Shown in pieces: positions 14,400-26,902 of a stretch of 64,000 bases of DNA. The notes below the pieces were generated by a model, which made no database searches, had not been told where the DNA came from, and saw only the letters and a program-made list of their open reading frames with translations. The stretch's first letter is position 1. Every line of letters starts with the position of its first letter. Position numbers and translations under genes: made by a program. Origin of the DNA: Chrysomallon squamiferum (taxonomy: Eukaryota; Animalia; Mollusca); contig CM022671.1 in NCBI GenBank assembly GCA_012295275.1, forward strand, positions 9,610,001 to 9,674,000, written 5' to 3'.

Positions 14400-14860
14400 T
14401 GGAAAACTATTTCACATTTAACATTATGGCAGCTGCACGAGTTAGAGTGACTTTTAAAAGAAAGTGTGGAGAGAAAACTTACTGGAGGTGTACTACGTCG
14501 CAGTGCAGAGCCTACGTTGTGACTGTTGACAACATGCTCCAGATGACAGACCAGATACAGCACAACCACACAGCAGTGCCATTTATTGAGCATGTTGATG
14601 CATTTAAGGCAAAAGTCTTTTTCAATAATGGATTGTTAGCTGAGATTCCCCGTTTTAGTGCCATTAAGACAACACTGTAATGACAGCAACACAAAACCCT
14701 ACCCCGACTACCCCAGACAAGACAGGATATCAATTTAGAAAGAGAGAGAACCTGCAATGAGGGAGGAGATCCTTTTCTACACCGAACTGAAGGAGGAGAC
14801 CTAATACTGATCTTCACAACTGACAAGAACTTGGAGTTGTTGTGTGATGCTGATGCTCTA
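14400..14860 (+). mobile_element. FLYWCH-MULE (Mutator-like) transposase remnant, N-terminal part
   Basis: KTYWRCTTSQCRAYVVT...HNH (FLYWCH/WRKY-like zinc finger), then after a stop LPRLPQTRQDINL...GDPFL...ILIFTTDKNLELLCDADAL. Breaks off at a (TTTA)n tract. Confidence 0.7.
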
Positions 14861-14954
14861 TTATTTGTTTATTTATTTATTTATTTATTTGTTTATTTAT
14901 TTATTTGTTTATTTATTAGTATTGTAATGCCCATAAGTAACCAGTGATATGAAT

Positions 14955-15045
14955 TCGGATTAACCTCGATCAGTAGAGCCTTTCTAGTGGGATACTTGAC
15001 ACATAGGTTCAAACCTTCTTAGTGGACCCATTGGTGTGGGTTTTT
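14955..15045 (+). mobile_element. Degenerate tRNA-derived SINE head
   Basis: A-box-like ...cagtagagc and B-box ggttcaaacc followed by gtggacccattgg; does not form a cloverleaf. Confidence 0.45.
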
Positions 15046-15109
15046 GTTGTTGTTGGTGTGTGTGTGTGAGAGAGAGAGAGAGAGACAGTGGAGGAGCAAG
15101 AGAGAGAGA

Positions 15110-15475
15110 CACATTGGAGGCATTGAAGATGAATTCCATTTTGCATCAAAATGTTTATTTTATAATCATATTAGGGTATCATATTTAAAGAAATATTTGT
15201 ATACAAGACCATCTACTTTTAACATAATCAATCCTTTGTCTTCAAAAATATAAAAAAACTTTAAGGAATCTTGATAAATATGTAATTTAATTGTAACTAC
15301 ACATATGTAACAACTATATGTTTATATTTTTATTATCCTAATTCTTATGTCTAATTTTTTTATTCCTGTGTTTGTATACTATAACTAATTACACAATTGT
15401 TTCTGTTTTATAACTGTATTCTTGCCTGCCTTGTGTTTATAGTCATGCTGACTTTGGCCAATAAATAAACTAAAC
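15110..15475 (+). mobile_element. 3' end of a non-LTR retrotransposon (CR1/L2-group-like ORF2 C-terminus and 3' UTR)
   Basis: IEDEFHFASKCLFYNHIRVSYLKKYLYTRPSTF matches the DEFHF..C..Y...R LINE C-terminal motif; ends in aataaataaactaaac. Confidence 0.65.
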
Positions 15476-16541
15476 AGCAATTGAATTGTAGAAATAATAG
15501 TAGTAGTATTAATAGCTGCGGTACAGTATCATCTCATTGTTATCTTTTGACTGTGCACACCGTCAGCCAGGTAAAACGGCAATTAATGAGACATCGACAG
15601 ATCCTCACTGGTTCATTTCAGCTTGTCCCACCAAGTAGACAAAATTTTAAGATCATTTATAAAAGTTGTTGATAACTATTTTCCCCTGGTTTAAACAATA
15701 TAAAAAAGAAAGATAAAAGAACTTTTTATTTATTTATTTATTTATTATTTTTTTTCTTTTATAAATTCTAATTACCACTAATTTTAAATATATTTACACA
15801 CTGATTACCCCCAGCAAACCCTTGATTTTCCCCTGATTTAAATAACATTTAAAAAGTTAACACCTCTAGCCACTATCACATTGATTTCAGCTTATGTTTA
15901 TTTTCTTCACAAAGATGGTATTCCATAGCAATGATGAATCTGTATTCCTCTTTCATTGAGAAAGATTAGAATAACCATAAAAATGATAAAAACAGTGCAA
16001 GCTACTATGAAGTACAATGTATACACAGGATGTTCTGATGACACTGACAATGAAGTCTCTTGTAGATCACTGAATTTTCAAAATTATTTTCGTTCCGATT
16101 TCTCATTTTTTTCAATGATTTCCTCAATATTATTATTAATTTTATTTTACTGTTCTTTTAGCTCATTTTGTTCTTACCATAGTTTAGATTGTATTGCATC
16201 CTCAAAACTAATAAATGACAAAAACATAAATAAAGAAAAAAATAAATATAAATAAAAAATAAAAAAATAAAAAAGTAAAATAAAAGCTAAATAATTAGAA
16301 TGATATATAGATAGATAGATAAATAAGACTGATGAATGGACAGATGATAGAGAGAGAGAAAAACTGACAGACAGACAAATATGCAGCAGATCATCAAGTC
16401 AATATGTGATTTTGAAGAGCAGGTATATATGTAAATGTGAAAGGATTGTGGTATTTACATGTTTGTATGAAAGATAGTTTTTGTATACCTTTAAGAATGA
16501 GAGTGTATATGCAAATTTGAAAGTAGGAGTATTTATGTGCT

Positions 16542-16577
<36 letters not shown>

Positions 16578-16959
16578 TGTGTGTGTGTTCCACATTCAAA
16601 CAAATTTACCAAACAGCAGTATTTTTCTTTTCTTTCTTAGCTCAGTGCATAATTATTGCATGTTCTTGTTATTCTGACAGAAAATAAATGTTTTTTAATT
16701 AGAATCATATTGGCTTATCTAGAGAATAAATAATATTAATTTGATATTTTACTTTTTGAGGGTAGCTTATAGAGATAACACAATATACTGCAAAACTTAC
16801 ATTTTATTACACAATAGAATATACATAGAAAATAAAAAAGATTAATAATAATAATAATAATAATATCACATTACTATTACTCAATTTATTCATACAAACA
16901 ACACTACAGGCAGTGAATATAACTTAAATTCCAATGCACAGTTATTCTCCAGACATTTG

Positions 16960-18635
16960 TAGAAATTTACAATAAAATATCACATTAGTATATTTAATTT
17001 GCAGCTTGTTAATATAACTGTTGTGATTCTAGATGTCTTGTCTCCATCTGTTATCTTCAGTATAGTTAATCTGTAGTAGATAATAAAGTTATTATATTAA
17101 TCCAAATTAATTAATTAACCACATACACTACATAAACTGTACTGACCTGTTCAGAAGAAAACAAATATTGCTGAATCTCGATTTCTCCATGGGGTGCAGA
17201 GAGTATTTACAGGTGGTGCAGTGATTTTTATTAAACTTTTACTTCACTGAGGTTACGTCAGATCAATATCTTTTGAAAATACTGGAAAAGGTGGGAATTA
17301 ATTATAGTTGAAGCAGTGATAATTACCTACCTGGAGAAACCTTTATTCTTTGAAAAATCTGTAGTAGATTATAAAGTTATTATATTAATCCAGCGAGATC
17401 TCACTGTTTCCTTTAATAAATAATTTCTAAAACTGGCAAAAAGGTCATCAATTGGGAAGTCCATTCATTATATCTCATTATATGCTACTTGGCTTCTTCT
17501 AGGAGAAAAATGTTTGATATCACTGCACCAACTGAAATCATATTTTTTGTGGTATAGCTAAGATTTCACCTGAATAGATAAGGCTTTCATGTTTTCCTTA
17601 AACTAAATAAATAAATAAATAAATAAAATAAGCAATATATGTGAAATTTGTAATAGATGCTATTAGTTGCATTATAGAAAATACTGGTAATTATTTCACT
17701 ATATTAGAGAAATATAGGAAGGCACTCAGATTAATGCATTTTTTAATATTATTTGAAGAAAGTACACATCCAGAAACATTAATGAAGATTTAACTAAATC
17801 AGCAGGCAATTGTGTGAAGGATGAAGGTGACATTCAATTATCTACACCATATATTGTGTTGATATTTACAATCCTGCTGGTGATAATAATGTTTCACTTT
17901 ATTTGGAAAACCAGCATATTTATTTAGATATGTAGAAAGACATATATAAAGGCAAAAATTGCACAAATGTTGCATAGGTAGACAGACAGACAGACAGAGT
18001 CAATGTGTTGGTTCATAGTTGGATGATGGATGGATAATTGTGATCACAGAGGGATACGTTGTGACTGGAGACATGAAATGATGTGTAAATATGATTTGAA
18101 GCTGGGGGGAAAGACGGAGGGAGGGAGACTGGATAAATATAGAAAAGTAGATTATTAGATAGATCTGTGGAAGTGAAGTCAGGGAGATGAGTAGATGATA
18201 ACCAGTCTTATTTTTGAAACACCTCTATATTCCCAATTACCCAAGAAAAAATGTTCTTCTTATCAAAATGATTGGTGATGTAGCTATTTATAGGATCTAC
18301 TGATCTGTTGATCAACTAGTCTATCTACATAATCTATCTAGTGAAAAATGAACTCATGGCAAGTACAACCAGGTTACACTGACAGCTTGGTGACATGATG
18401 TTGTATCTGGATGAAGGCTGTAATAGGGTCTTGTCTAGTTGGTCTCATCAAGTATAACCTGGACAAGGAAGAGGCAGAACAGTCAGACCACAGTATCAAA
18501 CCTTCTCAGCACAGTACATCTATCCAGTACAAAGTATTCAGTGTGAGGTGCACAGTCCACTGTAAATTGCTAGTGTAGCCGCAGTTCAAGTAGCCACAGT
18601 TAAACACAATTTCCATCAAAAAGCTGCAAAGATTC
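16960..18635 (-). pseudogene. Decayed LamG/ConA-like (Pif/BMSP-like) paralog fragment, with a possible chitin-binding-like exon at 18355-18633
   Basis: 17002-17071 is homologous at nucleotide level to 32382-32435 (+) and 39079-39141 (-). Broken frames give YDFSWCSDIKHFS..., FIKGNSEISL, and DGNC...DCAPHTEY...RCT...GCTC. Many stops. Confidence 0.35.
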
Positions 18636-19027
18636 TTTTTGGTGGCTGGAGATTACATGTGTGTGTATGTGTGTGTGTCTGTGTGTGTGTGTGTGTGGTT
18701 ACCATCTACCTACCTGTTTACATGTCTACATATCAAGCTACTGACCTAGTAATCTTCCTACCTACCTACTTGCCTATCAATTTACATCTGTCATATCTGT
18801 GTATTTTTTGTTTTGTCCACTATGAAATCCACGAATAGCCATTTCCTCAACTACCTATCTACATAATCTACCTTCCCACATGTCTACCTATCTGTTTTTC
18901 TCTGTGTCTATCATCCTTAAATACTGGTGCTGAGAAAGTCAGAATGGATGTTGTTATGTAAGGTATGTAGATGAATGGAAGGAAATAAATAGATAAAGAT
19001 ATAAATATATAATTTTTTTTATTTCCT

Positions 19028-19075
<48 letters not shown>

Positions 19076-19143
19076 TAGAAATGGATGGAGGCATAGCTAT
19101 ATAAATAGCAAGACAGATGTATTGATAAACTTAGACACTAGAT

Positions 19144-22100
19144 CAGGGATTCCCAACGTGGGTGATAACACCCCCTTTGTGGGCATTGGTGAGTTACAAG
19201 GGGGCATTGTGAGTCTTTTCTTCATTTGGGGGGCGCTGAATGCTCATAAGGGGGCGTTATCTAAAATACATCATATCACAAATTTAAATATTACTATGTA
19301 AAATACACTATAAGCTACAATTCTATAAACTGTTCGCACAAGAATAGTAACAAGCAGTACTATAAAAAGTAACATTTAAGCTTGTATTTTATCCCAGTTG
19401 CTCACTGATGTTGTTGCGTGAACACAACAATCTCGCTGTATGAACGTGTGAAGTTGTTGACTGCAGCTCAGTCAGTTCCAAGGGAGTTGTCCATGGTCAG
19501 TTCTCACGCAGCCGTGATAGTGACAAGTGTTTTTTTATTACCCTGCTCATATTCATATGCAAAATTGGGGATTAGGATGGGATTCGAATGAAAGTTCCAA
19601 ACACAAAAGTGATAAAATGAACAATTGTGTATATTAGGTCATTGAATGATTGATTTATATGTGATAATGTATGTTTTTAGCCATTTTGGTATGTGTGATC
19701 TTACTGGTCTGTGACTACAGAGTGCGTATCAATGCTGGTACAGTTAATTCTTCAAATTGAAATCCGATAAACGAGTTGCAAAGTGAACATTAAAATGCAA
19801 TTTAATTATTTTAACTTTGTTTTAGTCTCTCATAAGTTAAAATTATATTTGCTAAGTTTTAATGAATTTGGTGTGTTTCCAGAGTAAATTTTAGTTCGAA
19901 GGTTATTGATTGCAAGTAAGCAGTCAGTTACAATTATTGTCAAACAGTCGAGTTAGTTGGAAAACAACAACTGCAAAGGTTGCTTACAATCATTTAATTA
20001 ACTTATCCTTATTATAATTCTTGTATTTCAAATAACAAAAAATACATTGTTTATAAACAAAAATTCTGAATAAAATGTTTAGTTCAAATTAGACATGCTT
20101 ACTTAAATTGCTATGGTGATATTCTTTGTTTGCCGCTAACTATTTTATTTATTTTCAGTGAATGTATTTAACAACCCCTAATCATGACTGATAGCTCATC
20201 AAAATGAAAGTGCAGACAATATAATGTTGAATATCTGAAGTATGGATTTATTAGTTCTCCAAATAATAAGCAATGACTGATGTGCCTTCTTTTTGAGAAA
20301 GTGCTCTCCAATGAGGCAATGAAACCATCCAGGCTTTCCTAGCACTTTAAAAAGATGCATCCTGACAAAGAGAAAGAGAATTTGTCATACTTTCAAATGT
20401 TACGAGACAAATTTTGCAAGAGAAACACCATCATCTCCCTTGTGGCAAAACAATCACAAAAAAGTGACAATGGATATTTGTTCATACAATATCTCCAAAA
20501 TGATTGCTAGGTCAGGAAAGCCTCATACAATTGGAGAACAACTGATTTTGCCAGCTATGTAGGAAGTCTTACATACAGTAGTACACCATGATTCACCAAG
20601 TACAATTATCAAAGCAATTCCACTTAGTAATAATTCTGTTCAAAAAAGAGTTGATGAAATGGTGACAGATATTGAAGAAATATTATGTGACACAATTAAA
20701 AGTCAACAATTTGGTTTACAACTGGATGAATCTACACCACCAGGCAATGAAGCTCTACTTTTGGGATATGCTTGTTTTATTAAAGATAAGAATGTTGTGC
20801 AAGAACTGCTGTTTGCAAAGGAACTTGAAACAGACACTCGAGGTGAATCTATTTTTACTGTAGTTGAGCAGTTCTTCAAAGAAAAAGATTTTATTGCTTT
20901 TGTGACCGACACCGCTCCTTCATTAACAGGTCAGTACAAAGGTTTTCTTGCATTTTTAAAGAAAGTTGTACCCAGTGTTTTTACAATACATTGTGTAATT
21001 CATCAGCAACATCTGGTTGCTAGGAACTTAAGTGATCAGCTTCATAAATCCCTTGATGTTGTTATTAAGGCAGTAAATAAAATAAACTGTCAAACCCCTC
21101 AGTTCCTGAATGTTTCGACAACTCTGTAACAACAACAATGAAGAATTTGATTGCCTTCTATTACATACCAAAGTGAGGTGGTTATCCAAAGGAAACCATT
21201 TAAAATTATTTTATTCTCTTTTCAACAGCATAGTGCAATTTCTCCAGGAAAATAAATGTAATCATTTGAGTGATTGTCTTTTAGCAAACAAAACAGACAT
21301 TGCCTATTTAACAGATCTATTCACCATATTCAACGATCTCAATTTGCAGTTGCAAGGCAGTGATCTAAATCTTATCCAAGAAAAATCTAAGATTTGTACA
21401 TTCTTGGACAAGCTGACCTTCTTCAAGAAAAATATTGGCCGTCGGAATCTGTCTCAGTTTCCAAAACTTAATGAACTAGAAAATGATGAGTCTGATAACT
21501 CCAAACTGGAAGACAACCTCTTGATTTATTGTGATCATTTGGAAACATTGCACAAGGACATGAGCTGTAGATACCAAGATCTTACAAATATGGAAATACC
21601 AGACTGGTTTCTGAATCCATTTACAGACGCTTGTGTAAATGAAACCAATCTTGAAATAAAAGAAGAGTTGATTACTCTAAAAAATAACTTCAAATTAAAG
21701 CCTCTCTTCAAACAATCATACCAACAATTTTGGTTACAAAAAGAAATTCCTGGAAGATATCCAAAGTTGTGGGAAGCAATTAAGCTTTATTTCATAGCTT
21801 TCCCAACTTCATATATGGCTGAACACGGATTTAGTGCAGTCACTCAGCTTCTCACAAAACAAAGAAATCGCCTGCAAATCATTAAAAGAGGAGTTTTAAG
21901 ATTACTTCTAAGTAGCATTGACCTGAGGGTGAAGGAATTAGCCTCTACGCACCAAATTCAACAATCTCATTAAAATATTAGCTTTGACGGCGCAGTGTGC
22001 CTTAAAGCACAATGCAAAACATAAATTGTTAAAAACTGTTTTGCTGCATCCTGTACCACTATTTTTTATTGAAAAATATATTTTTATTAAGAAACATTTT

Positions 22101-22343
22101 TTGAAAAGGACGTTACTTGAATGTTTTCTTTTTGTATTAAATACAATATTTACATCAACATTTTTTTTATATTTCTCCTTCTAAATTCGTGCTGTAGACT
22201 TTTAGAAGACTAAATGTAAGTTTATCAAACATTACTCAGGACTTCATTTGTTTTAAAACATTGTTTGTTTTATGAATGAATTTTTGGAAAATGAAAAAGT
22301 TTAGTCAAGGGTGCGCTAGTACAAAAAAGGTTGGGAAACACTG
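19144..22343 (+). mobile_element. Full-length hAT DNA transposon (Buster/Charlie-like), inactivated
   Basis: TIRs cagggattcccaac / gttgggaaacactg; perfect 8-bp TSD cactagat at 19136-19143 and 22344-22351 with central TA; internal transposase. Confidence 0.95.
20184..21973 (+). pseudogene. Buster-type hAT transposase (ZBED8/SCAND3-like) with stops and frameshifts
   Basis: KCRQYNVEYLKYGF, MKPSRL..H zinc finger, QLDEST, HCVIH, LLHTKVRWLSKG, FPTSYMAEHGFS, C-terminal QQSH. Confidence 0.92.
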
Positions 22344-22654
22344 CACTAGATAGATGGTTGGATCCTTAAGTAGAAACACATACACATAAATAGACAGGAT
22401 AATTTGGAATGTTGATATAAAAGGTAGGCAGATTAATGGAAGGAAATATAAACACATAAACAGAGTATAGACATATATGTATGTCTGTGCATGTTTGTCT
22501 GGGAAGTTTTTTTTATTTATTTAATTTTGATTTCATTTAATATTTATTTATTTTAAGGATTTTATTTTATTAAAAAAAAGCAATCTTAGTTTTACAGTTT
22601 TAATTAAGTTTATATAAAATAATATCACCAACTGATTTGCATATTTACTCATCA

Positions 22655-22656
<2 letters not shown>

Positions 22657-22719
<63 letters not shown>

Positions 22720-22720
22720 T
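22657..22720. repeat. (ATT)n microsatellite
   Basis: Directly visible. Confidence 0.95.
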
Positions 22721-22989
22721 TATTACTATTTTAAACTCTTGACAGAGATAAAGATAATTAATAAAAAAAAGAAAAAAGTAATCTGATTTTTATAGCAACA
22801 ATTAAGTTTCTCTCCTCAGGTTTTTCAAATAGCTCCAATGAGGAGTTCAGGATCTGATAACAAAAGTGAAACATCTGTGGACATGTTGCAGAAAATAAAC
22901 ACAAGAAATGAGTTGCATAAAACAAGACTTATTTATTATCACCTATACTTTGCATCAGATGAGTCAATAAATATGGAACAGCAGCTCAG

Positions 22990-23165
22990 CATTGAACTGA
23001 CAAATACAAAACATGACTCTGAAAATGTATCTACCCATACTACTGAACTGACAAATACTGAACATGAAACCGAAAATGTATCTACCCATACTACTGAACT
23101 GACAAATACTGAACATGAAACCGAAAATGTATCTATCAATAATACTCAGTTGATTAATACCAAAC
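22990..23165 (+). repeat. 51-bp tandem repeat (about 3 copies) inside a 122-aa ORF / candidate exon 22820-23181
   Basis: Unit encodes ELTNTEHETENVSTHTT; flanked by ctcctcag| and |gtatga. Confidence 0.6.
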
Positions 23166-24412
23166 AAGAAAGCAATTACAGGTATGAAATAAACTTCTTA
23201 TGTTAATGGCTTTTTTATGACTCTAATAAAACTAGACATTATTAAAAACTGTTCATTGGAAATCATTGAGAATGAATTGGAAATACCAGAATCTACAAAG
23301 AAAATGATATGAATGAAAACAAGGCAAATTCTAGCAGATGATGAATGTGAAATATATAAGGCAAACTTTTTTGTGCTTAATTAAATTTGCAGAAATAGAA
23401 GAAAGAAACTAAAAGTAAAGGAAACAAAGGAACAACAAAAGACAGTTGGTAAAAACAGGATCAAAGAAAAATGTCATTATTAAAAATAGTATTTTTATTC
23501 CACCTGCTGTTAATAAATTATTTGCCTTAAAATTGTTCCGTATTATAATGAATAATTTAAACAATTGATGTGTTTATTAACACATTCAAAACAAACTGTT
23601 TTATTTATCAACAAAATGTCCTTTGTCAGATGCTTTAACATGTTCAGCTTATACTTACTGGCTCAGGATTCGACAGTAAGACATGTCTGAACATTGTCTG
23701 GTAAACAGGTAGTTTGGTCTTATCATAACTGTTTCTGGCTAGCTCAACTGGTTGTGTTAATAATGTATGAATGGTGAATTAGTTTGCCGTCCAGTGATCC
23801 TACAAACAAATATATTCCATTTTCATTTAACAGAGAATTGACAAATGATTAAACTATTGATGCGGAAATCCCAGGTTCTATAATTAGATGTTACATGCAG
23901 CAGTGGGCAGTGAATAAATAAACAATCCTGACTTGGTGCTAACCGCTGACAGATATGGAAATGTTTGTAGAAGCAGCAACAAGTCAGTTGATTCGGTACC
24001 TCATGATACATTCAGAACACCTTGTACATTTCTGTGAAATAACAGCATAGTGGAATGTGACGAGGTGTTCTGACTGATTGGAATTGACCAAGATTTGCTG
24101 AAAATAGAGAGTGCATGTGCAATTTTTTTTTTTTTTTTTTTGGTTCAGTAAATCAAATAAGGCAATAAAATGCAAAACATACAATTGTGTATATTCTTTG
24201 AATAAATGTTTTCCAAGTTTTCCAAATATATGACAATCAATTCCATTTTCGAGTTGTTTACACGTGGTTACAGTCGTAACTGAGCAGACACCATAGACAT
24301 GCGTAAATATGGGTTTTCATCAGACAAAGACCCATCAGAAATTGATTTGTCCTAGAAAAGAAAGGGTAAGGCAGAATCTAAAGAAAAATATAAAAAAGAA
24401 AAGTGAAAATGA

Positions 24413-24607
24413 CAGTTCTGCCAGAAATGGAAAGACAAGTTCTCGTGGCTCGACTACAATGAAGAAAGCGATACCATGTTCTGCATCCCATGTAGAAAAT
24501 ATGAAACTGTAAGGAGATTTGTTGAGGGTACAAATAATTTTAGAGTTGATGCAATAAAAATCCACTCTGAATACATGTCACATACAAAAAATAAACACCA
24601 TTATTGA
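24413..24607 (+). pseudogene. TTF-type zinc finger remnant (ZNF862/C17orf113-like hAT transposase N-terminus)
   Basis: QFCQKWKDKFSWLDYNEESDTMFCIPCRKYETVRRFVEGTNNFRVDAIKIHSEYMSH; lacks a start codon so it is absent from the ORF track. Element probably spans about 23668-25190, with ggtctagtaaattctaag subterminal repeats at 25078-25170. Confidence 0.7.
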
Positions 24608-26718
24608 CATCAAATGTGTCAAATCCTCAGGCACAGTTTTCACAATGCCCAGTTGTTTCAGATTACAATGCACAACAAGCATTGGCATGGTGGGCATGAT
24701 CCCATGGAATTGATGTAGATAAATTCCATGAATAGTCTGTGTACAAAAGTGACTATTCAATCTGAAAGTCATCACAAACCATCAACTGAAAAGTCTATAT
24801 GGATATTCTGTGAGAAGTGATATTGCATCATTTGCCACAGAGACAGTTTAGCTTATTCCAGGGTAATAAGACAACAAGCATTAACTTTTAATGTTTAACA
24901 TTGTTCTGTCAATATGGAAAAAAATATGGAAAAAAATAAAATAAAATAGTTATAATACAATGTTTTATTCAAACATAGTTACATTGGTTAATTATTATGA
25001 ATACTCTTCAAATAATATGAAGCAAAGTTTAACAAAATTGTCCCTGCTTAAAGCATATTTTGTCATTCAACAGTTTGGTCTAGTTGGTATTAGATCAGGT
25101 CTAGTAAATTCTAAGACAAACTAGTTCACTGGTCTAGTAAATTCTAAGCCATACTAGTTCACTAGTCTAGTAATTATAACAATTTTAATCTGTAAATAAA
25201 CTGCTTTTAACAGCTAATATATTTAAAAAATTAAAGTTCTGTTTCACCATCAGTAATTCCCTTTTACAAGAAAATTGTCATGACAAACGTTTGAAAGCTG
25301 TTTTTAAATTGAAAAGTTATGTTAATTAGCTACAAGATGTGGTGAGTTTAGTGGGACAGACTAACACAGTTTGAAATTTGTCCACTTGCATGGCTTCACT
25401 TTTCTCTTCAATTCTGCAGTTTCACAGACCAGGTTTGAGACAAGAAAGAGAGTTTATGGTTGATGCAAGTGACAAGTAGGAGTGTGATATGCACCTTGGC
25501 AGCAAGAAGCATAAGCAACTTTTTCCTTGTTTTTTTAAATTGTCATTTAAAGGCATATTGTTTAATACATATGTAACTTAAATTTATATTAATGTAATTT
25601 GATATTTTCATTACCAATTCTGGCTGTTATTATTTTTAACTCAGGTTTCCTCAAAACTGTAAATGATTATTTTACATTACAACAAAATATCTTTTGTGTA
25701 TAAATAAATAGCTTGAAATTGACTCGTGTTGGTGTTATTTATCTAGTGGGATATACACACACATATATATAGAGATTTGCCAGGTTGCAACTGGGAGGTT
25801 GAAACTATTATGGGTTAGTACTTCCGATTTCTGGGTATTTTTTTCTCTTTGAATTTATTTGTTTGATTGGTTAGTTAATTTGGTGCCTACTAAAAGGCTA
25901 ATGAAATGAATCTTTTGTCATTTTTGGAATGTGTCAGAAGGATGGAATTTTCCGTATGTTATTTTAAGAACTTTTAGCCAAAGTAAAACCAAAAAGCAAG
26001 CACATAAAGTAAGTTTATTTATTTATTTTTAAACTATGTCTTGTGCAAATGAAGTTAGGATATCTTTTAGGATAAGGAGAACCTTACTCCCATTTCATTT
26101 GATTCTATTTCTTACTGAAAATTATGAAAAGAGTTGCTGGAGCAAAACGTGAACGTGTTTCCAGCCCAGTTGATTGATGCATGCAGTCAAATTCTGCATT
26201 GATAATTTAAACATGAATTAAACTGAATTTTGCAAATTACAACAATTTTACTTATAAACAAATAAATTTCTTACTGCAATGAGAAGTGGTTGAGCTATCT
26301 ACAATTTATTAATTTTGATTTAACCTCTTTTTTTTTCTATTGGTTGTTGGTTTGACTGATCAAATCATGTCATGTATCCAAATTAACCCTTACATACATC
26401 TATGCCAAAAATGTGTATATATTTTCTTGCTAACTTAAAAAAGTTTTGCTATTAACTCTATAATGTTCTTCTCAGCAATATAAATTTAATTTTAAAAATT
26501 ATCTTTTTACTTAAAATGTGCCTCCTATTTAATAAACATGATGGGCTATTTTTAATTAAAGGCAATTCCACAGTTTTCTTCTGAATTATCTCACCGTAGA
26601 GGCAGAGGTGAAAGCTTTTCAGCAGCCAGTGTTCTAATTACCGGCCTCCTGAATAACCGAACAAACTGTTGAAAAGACCTGAGAAAAGATGGCATCTTGT
26701 AATATAATGAAGATATTT

Positions 26719-26860
26719 GAAAAAGGAAATGTTTTATTTAACACCACATTCAACACATTTTATTTATGGTTACATAGTTAAGAATTAATGAGATAATGAG
26801 AGAGGAAACACCATGAGGCCATCATAGGCTACTTTTTTGTTCTGAGCTGCAATACTGAAC
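26719..26860 (-). mobile_element. SINE-like interspersed repeat fragment
   Basis: aaggaaatgttttatttaac...caacacattttatttatggtt...gagataatgagagaggaaac. The gagataatgagagaggaaac motif recurs at about 36933; a possibly related piece lies at about 6905. Resembles a gastropod SINE tail (recall, not searched). Confidence 0.55.
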
Positions 26861-26902
26861 AAACACCATCCATGACTAGACCACTTGAATAAATGTCTAA
26901 AC

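Noticed and set aside
14955-15045. tRNA gene
   Set aside because: Only degenerate A/B boxes and no cloverleaf; better explained as a SINE head
20184-21973. Domesticated ZBED8/SCAND3-like host gene
   Set aside because: Multiple stops and frameshifts, and intact TIRs and TSD show it is a transposon copy
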